Virus record (IMG/VR): IMGVR_UViG_3300027711_000014
Span: 1-29,572 of that record
Strand: one strand, 5' to 3'
Source of the DNA: a virus
Taxonomy: Duplodnaviria; Caudoviricetes
DNA length: 29,572 bases
Made by a program: the position numbers and the translations under genes. Under the pieces are notes generated by a model that saw only the letters and a list, made by a program, of their open reading frames with translations, had not been told where the DNA came from and searched no databases. Shown here in pieces: positions 16,940 through 25,152 of the stretch. Within the stretch, counting starts at the first letter, position 1. Every line of letters begins with the position of its first letter.

Positions 16940-17227
16940 ATGAATGGTAATCAATTAAACGATAATAGCTTTGGTATTGAAATTACTGATATCAATATCC
17001 ACAAAATTGAAGACGGTATTAAAAATTGTGTGGGAATTGCACAAGTTGTATTAAACGAGTGTATTATGCTTACGGGGATTAAGTTGTATGATACTGGTGA
17101 AAAAAGATATGTTTTATACCCAAGAAACTTATCAAACAAAAAAGGTAGGAATTTTTTCTACCCTTTAAATAAAGAGGTTGGTGATTATCTTTCAAACTCT
17201 ATCTGGGATGTGTACAGCAATTCTTAA
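16940..17227 (+). CDS. spoVG: SpoVG-family nucleic-acid-binding protein
   Basis: EITDINI, GIAQVVLN, LTGIKL, YVLYP and FYPLNKE pattern; 95 aa. Confidence 0.75.
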   Translation: MNGNQLNDNSFGIEITDINIHKIEDGIKNCVGIAQVVLNECIMLTGIKLYDTGEKRYVLYPRNLSNKKGRNFFYPLNKEVGDYLSNSIWDVYSNS

Positions 17228-17240
17228 TTAATATAAAGTA

Positions 17241-17279
17241 AAACACCAAGTGGTAACATTTGGTGTTTAGCTTATTTTT
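17241..17279 (+). terminator. Stem-loop with GNRA loop, probable terminator
   Basis: AAACACCAAGTG-GTAA-CATTTGGTGTTT followed by AGCTTATTTTT. Confidence 0.6.
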
Positions 17280-17294
17280 GGAGATAAAACAATT

Positions 17295-17528
17295 TTGAAT
17301 AAATTTATAAAAGGTAAGACTTACAAAGATTCAAACGGCGATATGTGGAAAGTGAGAGACATTAGTGGTGATAGTGCTACTATAATAAAAAATAAACTTA
17401 TTAAAAAATCAAAAATAATCAAATACTGTGGAGTGGAAGCGATGTTTTTGGATTTTGGTAAGAATGTTTTGTTGTCTAATAAAATTAAACCTGTAGAAGA
17501 CACTTGTATAGAAATAGAGGAAATATAA
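17295..17528 (+). CDS. Hypothetical protein
   Basis: 77 aa; GGAG RBS with TTG start; TAATG coupling to clpP. Confidence 0.65.
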   Translation: MNKFIKGKTYKDSNGDMWKVRDISGDSATIIKNKLIKKSKIIKYCGVEAMFLDFGKNVLLSNKIKPVEDTCIEIEEI

Positions 17529-18100
17529 TGTCAGACTTAGAGAATAACACTTTTTGGGTTGAAGGTGAGATAGAATCAGAAACTATTCTTCCAATAGTTA
17601 AAAATATGATGGAGTTATTAAATTTTGATAATCCAAACCAGTTGGGGTTATTAAAAACCACAAAAACAAAGAAACCTTTAAAGATATACATTTCCTCCGA
17701 GGGTGGTTGTGTGACTTCTGGGTTTATGTTGATAGATGTGATGAACAGAATGAAGTCCGAGGGATTTATTGTAAACACGATTGCTATGGGTGAGGTGGCG
17801 TCGATGGCGTCTGTTATATTAGCAAATGGTTCGAAGGGATATAGGTGGGCATTCCCTTCCTCTCAAATCATGATTCACGAGGTTTCTAATATTTTTGTTG
17901 GTGATACTTCTCTTAATATGAAGGGGATACTTTCTGAGGTTGAGAAACTGGAGGTGTTAAATAACTCACTTTTTGATTCTTTAGCAATTAATACTAATAA
18001 ATCTTTAGAAATCATTCGTGAGGCATGTTCGTTTGATAATAAAATGAATGCTGAGGAGGCATTGAAGTTTGGTTTAATAGATAATATTGGAGTTTTGTGA
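17528..18100 (+). CDS. clpP: ClpP-family protease
   Basis: YISSEGG, VASMAS (Ser), IMIHE (His), DNKMNAEEALKFGLID (Asp); GAGG RBS before ATG 17528. Confidence 0.9.
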   Translation: MSDLENNTFWVEGEIESETILPIVKNMMELLNFDNPNQLGLLKTTKTKKPLKIYISSEGGCVTSGFMLIDVMNRMKSEGFIVNTIAMGEVASMASVILANGSKGYRWAFPSSQIMIHEVSNIFVGDTSLNMKGILSEVEKLEVLNNSLFDSLAINTNKSLEIIREACSFDNKMNAEEALKFGLIDNIGVL

Positions 18101-18756
18101 TGGATAATAATGAATATTCTTTTGAAAAAATAGTTAAAGCGTTAATTCGTGGTTACGATAGTCATTCGGAAGCGATTTCTAATTTGAATGAAAGTGCAGA
18201 AGATAAGGAATATAGAAAAAAACTTTTAGATAAAATAACTTCCAAGGAAAATCGAAACCGAGAATTGGAAGAGATTTTTGAAAAGATTCTGAAGGATGCT
18301 GGTGTTGATTTTTCTGGTGAATTAGAGGAAGAGTCTGAACCTAATCTTTCTGACTTGCTTTCTGGGAGTGATTATGGTTCCAATCCCTATGGTGAGTCTT
18401 ATGATGATTATATGAACGAAGATTCTCCTAAAATCACAAAACGGAGTCTTAACTATGATAGTGATTCTTTTAAAGGATTTAGAGAAAAGATTGAAAATTT
18501 TATAAACAAAAATCAAGAGATTGTTTCTATGATTTTAGAAACTATTAAGGGTGATAAGGATTATTTGTTTATAGATTATTTTAATGAAGAGGAATTATAT
18601 CATTCTCTTCCAAGTATGCGTTGGTCAAATCCTCACAAATTTTATGATATAGTTCGCTCGTATGAATTTTTTCTAAACACAATCCTGTCGATTACTGGTG
18701 ATATTAAAGATGTTTTTATATTTTTCAATTTAGATAATTTCAATTTTGGTGGGTGA
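18097..18756 (+). CDS. Hypothetical acidic protein
   Basis: 219 aa ORF coupled to the clpP stop codon. Confidence 0.7.
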   Translation: MMDNNEYSFEKIVKALIRGYDSHSEAISNLNESAEDKEYRKKLLDKITSKENRNRELEEIFEKILKDAGVDFSGELEEESEPNLSDLLSGSDYGSNPYGESYDDYMNEDSPKITKRSLNYDSDSFKGFREKIENFINKNQEIVSMILETIKGDKDYLFIDYFNEEELYHSLPSMRWSNPHKFYDIVRSYEFFLNTILSITGDIKDVFIFFNLDNFNFGG

Positions 18757-18765
18757 TGTGTTTAT

Positions 18766-18773
18766 TATAAATA
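18766..18773 (+). promoter_or_regulatory. T4-type late promoter
   Basis: Intergenic TATAAATA ending 20 nt before ATG 18794. Confidence 0.7.
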
Positions 18774-18793
18774 GTTAAACAAGAGGAATAAAA

Positions 18794-19855
18794 ATGGGCA
18801 ATAGATTTAGAGATTTTTTACACAATAAAAATCGCAATGGTGACTTGAGAGAGTCCCGTGGCAATATTCAAGAAAGCAAGATGAGGAGAACTCCTGTTTC
18901 TAAAAACTCAGACATTAAAAAAGAAAGTGTTTCAAACAAGCGGAGAGTAGAAATGTTCGAAGATGACTATGATGAGATGGACTATGACGATGTGGGGTTT
19001 GAAGAAGAACTTCATGAGTCGAGTCGAGATATATATGAAGACACTGAACCAAAATTAAAGAAAAGGAATAACTCTATATTAAATGAAAGTGAGAATCTTA
19101 TTGGGTTTTTACATGATAAGTTATATCAGGTTTTTTATAAATTTGGGATGACTGGTCTTGAGTATATTCAGGATATTATGGTTGAGACTATAAACGAGAT
19201 GGGTAATTCTGGAAAGAAGGTGGTTGAGCGAACACAGCGTGTCAACGAACCTAAAGTAGTCAGAGAGGAGGTCAATTCCAAAAAGCGTTCTCGTGGTGAT
19301 GTTAGGTATAGGACAAAACAAAAGCGTAGGGTTGTTGAAAGGGAAGAGCAAGAATTCAAACCTAAAGAAAATCGTCCTTTAACTTATGAGGAGAAATTGT
19401 TAAACCTTGCTTCTGGTGGTCTTCAGTTGATTGAAGAAGAGGAATCTAAATTCAAAACAAATAAAAACTTAGAAACTCCTAAAAATATTCGTCAAGAAGA
19501 TGTTGAGGAAGATTCCTTTATAGACGATGAGGAATATGAAGAACATGATAAATTAGATCATGATAAGATATTTAATTATTCCGAAGAAACTCATGGTTTT
19601 GAACCACAGGATGGGTTTTTTGGTGGGATGGATATGAGTTCTATTGCGAGTGCCTTGGAAATGGTTGAGAAAGAATCGAAGGAGCAAACCAAGGAAAAAT
19701 TAAAGTTAAAAGAAGGTAAGGAAAAAAAGGGTGGGGTAAAGTCTCCACCAAAGTCACCAAAACCAGACTTAAAACCATCTGGACAAAAAGTTAAAAAAGA
19801 GGAAGAAACAAAAAACGAGATAATTGATGAAGAAGAACAAGAAAAACAAAGTTAA
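18794..19855 (+). CDS. Highly charged, low-complexity protein; possible internal head/core protein
   Basis: Late promoter; N-terminal RFRDFL; repeated LRE, IQE, LHE and LNE sites followed by S. Confidence 0.6.
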   Translation: MGNRFRDFLHNKNRNGDLRESRGNIQESKMRRTPVSKNSDIKKESVSNKRRVEMFEDDYDEMDYDDVGFEEELHESSRDIYEDTEPKLKKRNNSILNESENLIGFLHDKLYQVFYKFGMTGLEYIQDIMVETINEMGNSGKKVVERTQRVNEPKVVREEVNSKKRSRGDVRYRTKQKRRVVEREEQEFKPKENRPLTYEEKLLNLASGGLQLIEEEESKFKTNKNLETPKNIRQEDVEEDSFIDDEEYEEHDKLDHDKIFNYSEETHGFEPQDGFFGGMDMSSIASALEMVEKESKEQTKEKLKLKEGKEKKGGVKSPPKSPKPDLKPSGQKVKKEEETKNEIIDEEEQEKQS

Positions 19856-20075
19856 AGAAGTGAAGGACATGGTAGTTGTGAACGGAGTTGTGATAGAAGC
19901 GTTCGCAAATGCCATGTTTGATGTTAAACTGGAAAACGATAATATATTAAAATGTAGAATATGTGGTCGTATTCGAATTAATAAAATACGAATAATTCCA
20001 GGTGATAAAGTTCAAGTTGGAATTTCTGTATATGATACAAACAATGGGATTATTTTATACAGATTAAAAGATTAA
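19827..20075 (+). CDS. infA: Translation initiation factor IF-1
   Basis: GVVIEAFANAMFDVKLEN, ICGRIRINKIRIIPGDKVQV, YD...GIILYR. Confidence 0.9.
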   Translation: MKKNKKNKVKEVKDMVVVNGVVIEAFANAMFDVKLENDNILKCRICGRIRINKIRIIPGDKVQVGISVYDTNNGIILYRLKD

Positions 20076-20093
20076 AAAGTTCTGGAGGTATAT

Positions 20094-20312
20094 ATGAATT
20101 ATAAAGATGACAATAAAGACCAAGCTGGGTTGGAGACACTCAGAGAGGTATTACCGTCTTTTTATGAGCAATATATTTCCAGTACTATTTCTAGTGGTGT
20201 TGGTGATGTGAAAGAAACATTCTCTTCACTCAAAGATAATAAATTAATTCCTGATGAGATTAAAGATGGCATTATAGATGAGAATAAGGTTTGGGTATGG
20301 AAAGTAAAATAG
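20094..20312 (+). CDS. Hypothetical protein
   Basis: 72 aa with GGAGG RBS. Confidence 0.65.
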   Translation: MNYKDDNKDQAGLETLREVLPSFYEQYISSTISSGVGDVKETFSSLKDNKLIPDEIKDGIIDENKVWVWKVK

Positions 20313-20869
20313 ATTTAGAAATTGATAATGCGATAAAATTATGGGAGCGATTGGACGAGTCTTTAAAGGATGAGAATAACTTACAGAGTTTAAAAAGGAC
20401 AATGGCAAACACTAATGCTTTAATAGCTATGATGGAATCGAATGGTATGTTGTGTGAATCAAAACAAAAACTCAGCACACTTAAAACTATGAATAAAAGA
20501 ATTTCAATGGGTTCTCATGATAGGACTGTGGATAATGTTTTGGTTTATATTTTTCTAAAGTCGTTGTCCACGGTTCCCAGTACCACATCAGCGTATAAAT
20601 TGGGTTTAATTGATACTGAGGGTAGATTGATTAGGAATCCTGAGACTAAAGAAGAGGAAGATAGCATTTCTAACTTGGATTTACTGATGTTTAAAATAAG
20701 AAAATGGTTGAGTTCAAAAATGCAATATTTGTCCACAGTTAGTTGGTTAAGAGGTACTTCTAACAATTTAAGGGTTCAGAATTATTTTTCTAATGTTGAT
20801 ACAGTTTCGAGACAGTATATAGTACAAAGGGTAAATGCAGATTTGGAGCGTATTTTAAGTAATGGATAA
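20297..20869 (+). CDS. Conserved T4-like phage hypothetical protein
   Basis: AYKLGLIDTEG...EE...LDLLMFKIRK resembles a widespread T4-like phage family (recall only). Start at ATG 20297 or TTG 20291. Confidence 0.6.
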   Translation: MESKIDLEIDNAIKLWERLDESLKDENNLQSLKRTMANTNALIAMMESNGMLCESKQKLSTLKTMNKRISMGSHDRTVDNVLVYIFLKSLSTVPSTTSAYKLGLIDTEGRLIRNPETKEEEDSISNLDLLMFKIRKWLSSKMQYLSTVSWLRGTSNNLRVQNYFSNVDTVSRQYIVQRVNADLERILSNG

Positions 20870-21047
20870 AAATGAAGATTTAATTAATGTATATTTCATG
20901 ACATCGAATAAAGAAATAAAACGATGTTGTTCAGTTAAGGTTTTAGTTACAAAAGTAACAGATGGTAAAGTTCATTATATACACAAAGACAAAGAATATA
21001 TAATAGATGCAAAGACATTCTTCACTTCGAGTTGGCGGATTATGTAA
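20862..21047 (+). CDS. Hypothetical protein
   Basis: 61 aa ORF overlapping the upstream stop codon. Confidence 0.55.
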   Translation: MDKNEDLINVYFMTSNKEIKRCCSVKVLVTKVTDGKVHYIHKDKEYIIDAKTFFTSSWRIM

Positions 21048-21058
21048 ATTAAATTTGT

Positions 21059-21066
21059 TATAAATA
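21059..21066 (+). promoter_or_regulatory. T4-type late promoter
   Basis: Intergenic TATAAATA upstream of a GAGGAG RBS and ATG 21094. Confidence 0.7.
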
Positions 21067-21093
21067 CTTTAAAGGGTATTTGAGGAGTTGTGT

Positions 21094-21522
21094 ATGGATG
21101 ATTTGAAAAGGTTTAAAAAGGGTGGTTTCATTCGTTATGTAAAACGAAACAGTAATTTATTGGATGAGACTTTTGGGATTGGTGTTGGTGCTCCTCTTGG
21201 TCTTGACCAAGGTATCCCAAACGGTGGTGATGGTATTGCTGTAGTTCCTCAGAGATTTGGGGAGTTTAGAAAACTTAAAAGAAGAAGGAGAAAACTTAAA
21301 AATAAAAAGAAATCAAAAACAAAAAATGAGGCATTTGATATAACTTTTGAGGATTTTCTAGAAAGTGTGTCGGATGCTCTTTTTGATTCCACTCATTACT
21401 CCCAGAGGGAATTAAAAAACACAATTAAAAAATATATAAAATTAATAAAAGATGAATTTAACAGGACTAAAAACGCTTCCTCAGTTGTGAGTAAAATTTT
21501 GGTTTTGAAAAATGCGAGATAA
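21094..21522 (+). CDS. Hypothetical protein with Gly-rich and highly basic segments
   Basis: GAGGAG RBS; RKLKRRRRKLKNKKKSK tract. Confidence 0.65.
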   Translation: MDDLKRFKKGGFIRYVKRNSNLLDETFGIGVGAPLGLDQGIPNGGDGIAVVPQRFGEFRKLKRRRRKLKNKKKSKTKNEAFDITFEDFLESVSDALFDSTHYSQRELKNTIKKYIKLIKDEFNRTKNASSVVSKILVLKNAR

Positions 21523-21961
21523 AGAACTCATACAGACAAATTTAATTCAGGATGGTTATTTCTACTTTTTTGATTATATACCCAAGGAATATAAAAAGGG
21601 ATATGATTTGAAACCTTTTGTTTTTTGTGTTTCTCCGTCTTTGACCAATTTGAATGTTATTCGTGCTATAAATTTACACCATCTGCCTTTTAATGAAAGG
21701 GTTAAATTTCTTCACAAATTAGACACTGTTTATAATTTTGGAGATTCTGATAAAAGAATTAAAACAAGCGAGGAAGCGTTAATAAAAATATATCCAGAGG
21801 TAAAACAGGCATTTAGGCATTATGATAGAAAAAGGATAACTAGATGTTATAGAGTGGTTTCTGATTCTGTTAATAGTTTTGCAGAGTTTAAAGGTGATAC
21901 CTTAATGGCAAATTCCAAAGACATCGCAAATAATTTTATTTTAAATAAAAATAAAGATTAG
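21512..21961 (+). CDS. gp2: DNA end protector protein (T4 gp2-like)
   Basis: GYFYFFDYIPK, YDLKPFVF, AINLHHLP...R.KFL, AFRHY. Confidence 0.65.
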   Translation: MRDKELIQTNLIQDGYFYFFDYIPKEYKKGYDLKPFVFCVSPSLTNLNVIRAINLHHLPFNERVKFLHKLDTVYNFGDSDKRIKTSEEALIKIYPEVKQAFRHYDRKRITRCYRVVSDSVNSFAEFKGDTLMANSKDIANNFILNKNKD

Positions 21962-21971
21962 GAGGTGTTCT

Positions 21972-22241
21972 TTGAATTACGAGTATGAATATTCAAAAAT
22001 AATATTAAATGCTCAGATTAGAAAAGAAATAGAAAACTACGAAATACATCACATCATACCAATTAGTGAGGGTGGTCGTAATAATAAATTAAACAAAGTT
22101 AAGTTAACTTATAGAGAACACCACATTTGTCATCTTTTATTGATAAAAATGGGTTCTTGTAAAAGGTACTTTTTCTCAAATATAAGTTCAAGGGAATATT
22201 GTAAATTAAAAACTAGAGAAAAGTCCAATTTTAACCACTAA
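21972..22241 (+). CDS. Small HNH endonuclease-like protein
   Basis: EIHHIIPISEGGRNNKLNKVKLTYREHHICHLLL; GGAGG RBS. Confidence 0.8.
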   Translation: MNYEYEYSKIILNAQIRKEIENYEIHHIIPISEGGRNNKLNKVKLTYREHHICHLLLIKMGSCKRYFFSNISSREYCKLKTREKSNFNH

Positions 22242-22245
22242 ACGG

Positions 22246-22276
22246 TTGAAAATTGGGTGTGGTTTTTCTATATTTA
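22246..22276 (+). promoter_or_regulatory. Sigma70-like promoter for the topoisomerase genes
   Basis: TTGAAA, 17-nt spacer, TATATT (22269-22274), then TA. Confidence 0.55.
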
Positions 22277-22295
22277 ATATAAAAGGAAATGGTAA

Positions 22296-24167
22296 GTGAG
22301 TAATTATACAGTTGAAAGTATAGATTTTTTGAAAGGTCTTGAGACTATTCGCATGCGTTCGGATATGTATATTGGTCAAACATCGGGTAGTCCAAGTAGC
22401 GGTTTATATAGATTGTGTCGCGAGGCGATTGATAATTCTTTAGATGAATATTTAGGTGGACACAATAACAAACTTTATATATTTTATAACTCAAAAACTT
22501 ATGAGACTATTGTTGTGGATAATGGTCGTGGGATTCCAGTTGGGTGGCATCCCAAGGCAAAACAAGATTCTTTGACTTTGGTTTTCACTCAGTTACATGC
22601 TGGTGGAAAGTTTAACCATGATTCTTATAAAACTTCAAGTGGTAAAAATGGTATTGGTCAGAAAGCTATTTCTGCTCTATCTTCTCACCTTCAGGTTTGG
22701 TCAAACAATAGCAAAGGTAAAAAATGGTTTAGTCAGATATTTTCTGAGGGGAGAGTTAAGTCAGATGTTTTACAAAACAATCCACCAGATGAGTTGTTGA
22801 AATTAATACCAAAAACTGGTACTATTATAAAGTGGACACCTGATAAAAAAATATTTAAAGATTCGTTAAAATTGGATATAGAGAGATTAAAAAGAGAATT
22901 GGATGATATTCAATATTTATGTCCTAAATTAAAAATACACTTATTTGTTGATGATAATGAGGAGGTGTTTTATTCAGAATTAGGACTTGGGGAGTTGGTT
23001 TCTAAAAATCCTCTTCATGATATTATATTTGAGTTCTCGGATGAATTCACTGATGTTGCTTTAAACTTTACAAAACTCGAAGGTCATTCTTTAAAGTCGT
23101 TTGTGAACATCAGTCATACCAATTTGGGTGGAACTCACTTAAAAGGGTTGAGAAAGGGATTATTAAATGTTATTAAAAGTAAGTCAAAAATCAAACTAGC
23201 AAACGAGGATGTCCTTGAGGGTGTTTTTGGAGCGATTCATCACAAGATGGCAGAACCACAGTATCAAGGTCAAACAAAAAACGAATTAACAAACTCTGGG
23301 GTTGAAAATGAAATTATAAATAAATTGACTCCAGAGTTGGAGAAGTTCTTTAGGAAGAATAAAGACCTTCTTTCTCGGATTATTGAATACTCAGAAAAAA
23401 TGGCATTACAGAGGGAGAAAATAAAAACTTCTAAAAATATATTAAGGGGTATAAATAAACTCTCAAATAAAGCAAACAGAATCAGTGATAAGTTTCTGGA
23501 TGCTGATAGAAGAAAACACAAAAATAAAATGGATTTGGAAATGTTTATAGTTGAGGGTGATTCCGCTGGTGGTCACTTTAAACAGGCGAGGGAGTCTTTT
23601 CAAGGTGAGTTAAAAATTCGTGGAAAAATTATAAACTCAGCAAAAGCGAGTATAGAGGATTTATTTGGGAAGAATGGGAAGGGTGGAAACCGTGAGGTAC
23701 AGGATTTGGTTTCTGCTCTTGGGTGTGGTATAGGTGACGAGTATGACGAGAAAAGATTAAGGTTTGGGAAGGTTGTTATATTGTCTGATGCTGATGTTGA
23801 TGGACAGCACATTACAAATTTATGCTTAAGTTTCTTTATAAACTACATGCCTGACTTAATTAAAAATGGACATGTATATATAGTTGATGCACCTTTATTT
23901 ATAGCTTCCTCTTCAAAAGAGAGAGTTTTTGGAATGACAAGAAATGAGGTTGAGGGTAAAATGAAAAAACTAAAAATTAAAGATTATACAATAACTAGAT
24001 TAAAAGGATGGGGAGAAACTAATTCTGAGCAATTGTATGAATTGTGTTTAAACAAGAAAACCAGAAAATTAATTCAGATAAAATGGAATAATAAAACAGA
24101 AGAAATGTGTAGAAAGACTATGGGTGATGATGTTGAATTTAGAAAAGAATTATTAGGAATAGAATAA
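22296..24167 (+). CDS. gyrB: Type IIA topoisomerase subunit B (GyrB/ParE-like)
   Basis: EAIDNSLDE, DNGRGIP, LHAGGKF, GQTK, EGDSA, RGKIIN, DADVDG, KGWGE. Confidence 0.93.
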   Translation: MSNYTVESIDFLKGLETIRMRSDMYIGQTSGSPSSGLYRLCREAIDNSLDEYLGGHNNKLYIFYNSKTYETIVVDNGRGIPVGWHPKAKQDSLTLVFTQLHAGGKFNHDSYKTSSGKNGIGQKAISALSSHLQVWSNNSKGKKWFSQIFSEGRVKSDVLQNNPPDELLKLIPKTGTIIKWTPDKKIFKDSLKLDIERLKRELDDIQYLCPKLKIHLFVDDNEEVFYSELGLGELVSKNPLHDIIFEFSDEFTDVALNFTKLEGHSLKSFVNISHTNLGGTHLKGLRKGLLNVIKSKSKIKLANEDVLEGVFGAIHHKMAEPQYQGQTKNELTNSGVENEIINKLTPELEKFFRKNKDLLSRIIEYSEKMALQREKIKTSKNILRGINKLSNKANRISDKFLDADRRKHKNKMDLEMFIVEGDSAGGHFKQARESFQGELKIRGKIINSAKASIEDLFGKNGKGGNREVQDLVSALGCGIGDEYDEKRLRFGKVVILSDADVDGQHITNLCLSFFINYMPDLIKNGHVYIVDAPLFIASSSKERVFGMTRNEVEGKMKKLKIKDYTITRLKGWGETNSEQLYELCLNKKTRKLIQIKWNNKTEEMCRKTMGDDVEFRKELLGIE

Positions 24168-24183
24168 AAATCAAGGAGCAAAA

Positions 24184-25137
24184 ATGACACCAGAAAAAAT
24201 TAAACAGGTAGAAGAGGACTTCTATAAAAACTTAACAGATTCTTCGGGGAAGAAATTTCACAGAGTGTCTGTGGAGATTGTAACCTATCCGTATGGTCTT
24301 AGGGATATAAATATATTATCACCAGATGATGAATCTTATTTTTACAAAGAAACGACAGAAAAGAAAAACATCTGCTTACACTTTACTGTGGGGAATATAA
24401 AGAGCGATATCGCCACTTTAACAAAACCAAATTACCGTGTTTCTGTTCAGTATATTATTGATAGTTCTGGAAATATTTATAATTTATTCCCAGATAGACA
24501 ATGGTCGTATCACTTGGGTGCTGGTGCTGTCGGTGGAAATGAGTTTATGAGTAAAAACACTATTGGGATAGAATTGTCAAATTATGGAATTTTGGTAAAA
24601 TCAGGAAAAGACCTATTGGATGTTTATGGTTCAAAATATTGTACTTTGAAAGATGTGGATAAATATATAAAGGGGAGTTATAGAGGAAAAGACTATTACG
24701 CTTCTTTGTCAAAAGAGCAAGTTTTAGCATGCTCCGATTTGATTAAACACCTTTCTTATGTTCACAGTATTCCGATTAAGTTTAAAGAAAATTTAGATTC
24801 TGTTTTTAGTAGTAATACTGAGGCAAGAAACTTCAGTGGTATATATGTCCACTCGAGTGTAAGAAAAGATAAATTTGACTTTCCAGAGTTTGTTTTGTCC
24901 TCTTTAATTGAAGAGGTAACTAGAAATGAAAAACCGTTGGAAACAGCACCTACGGTTGTGGAATATAAAGTTGAGAAAAATATTGAAAAAACAGAATCTG
25001 AGGACAATGTAGACGAAGATATGGATACTTTAAGTGTTGAAAATATACTTCCTAAAAACGATATAAACATTACTCTTAGTTTGATAATTTATAATTTAAT
25101 TGAAAAACTAAATGCTTGGTTATTTTATAGAAAATAA
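24184..25137 (+). CDS. N-acetylmuramoyl-L-alanine amidase (Amidase_2-like), putative endolysin
   Basis: ICLHFT, SVQYIID, WSYHLG, IGIELSN, HSSVRKDKFD. Confidence 0.8.
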   Translation: MTPEKIKQVEEDFYKNLTDSSGKKFHRVSVEIVTYPYGLRDINILSPDDESYFYKETTEKKNICLHFTVGNIKSDIATLTKPNYRVSVQYIIDSSGNIYNLFPDRQWSYHLGAGAVGGNEFMSKNTIGIELSNYGILVKSGKDLLDVYGSKYCTLKDVDKYIKGSYRGKDYYASLSKEQVLACSDLIKHLSYVHSIPIKFKENLDSVFSSNTEARNFSGIYVHSSVRKDKFDFPEFVLSSLIEEVTRNEKPLETAPTVVEYKVEKNIEKTESEDNVDEDMDTLSVENILPKNDINITLSLIIYNLIEKLNAWLFYRK

Positions 25138-25152
25138 AAGAGGTTAAAAATA

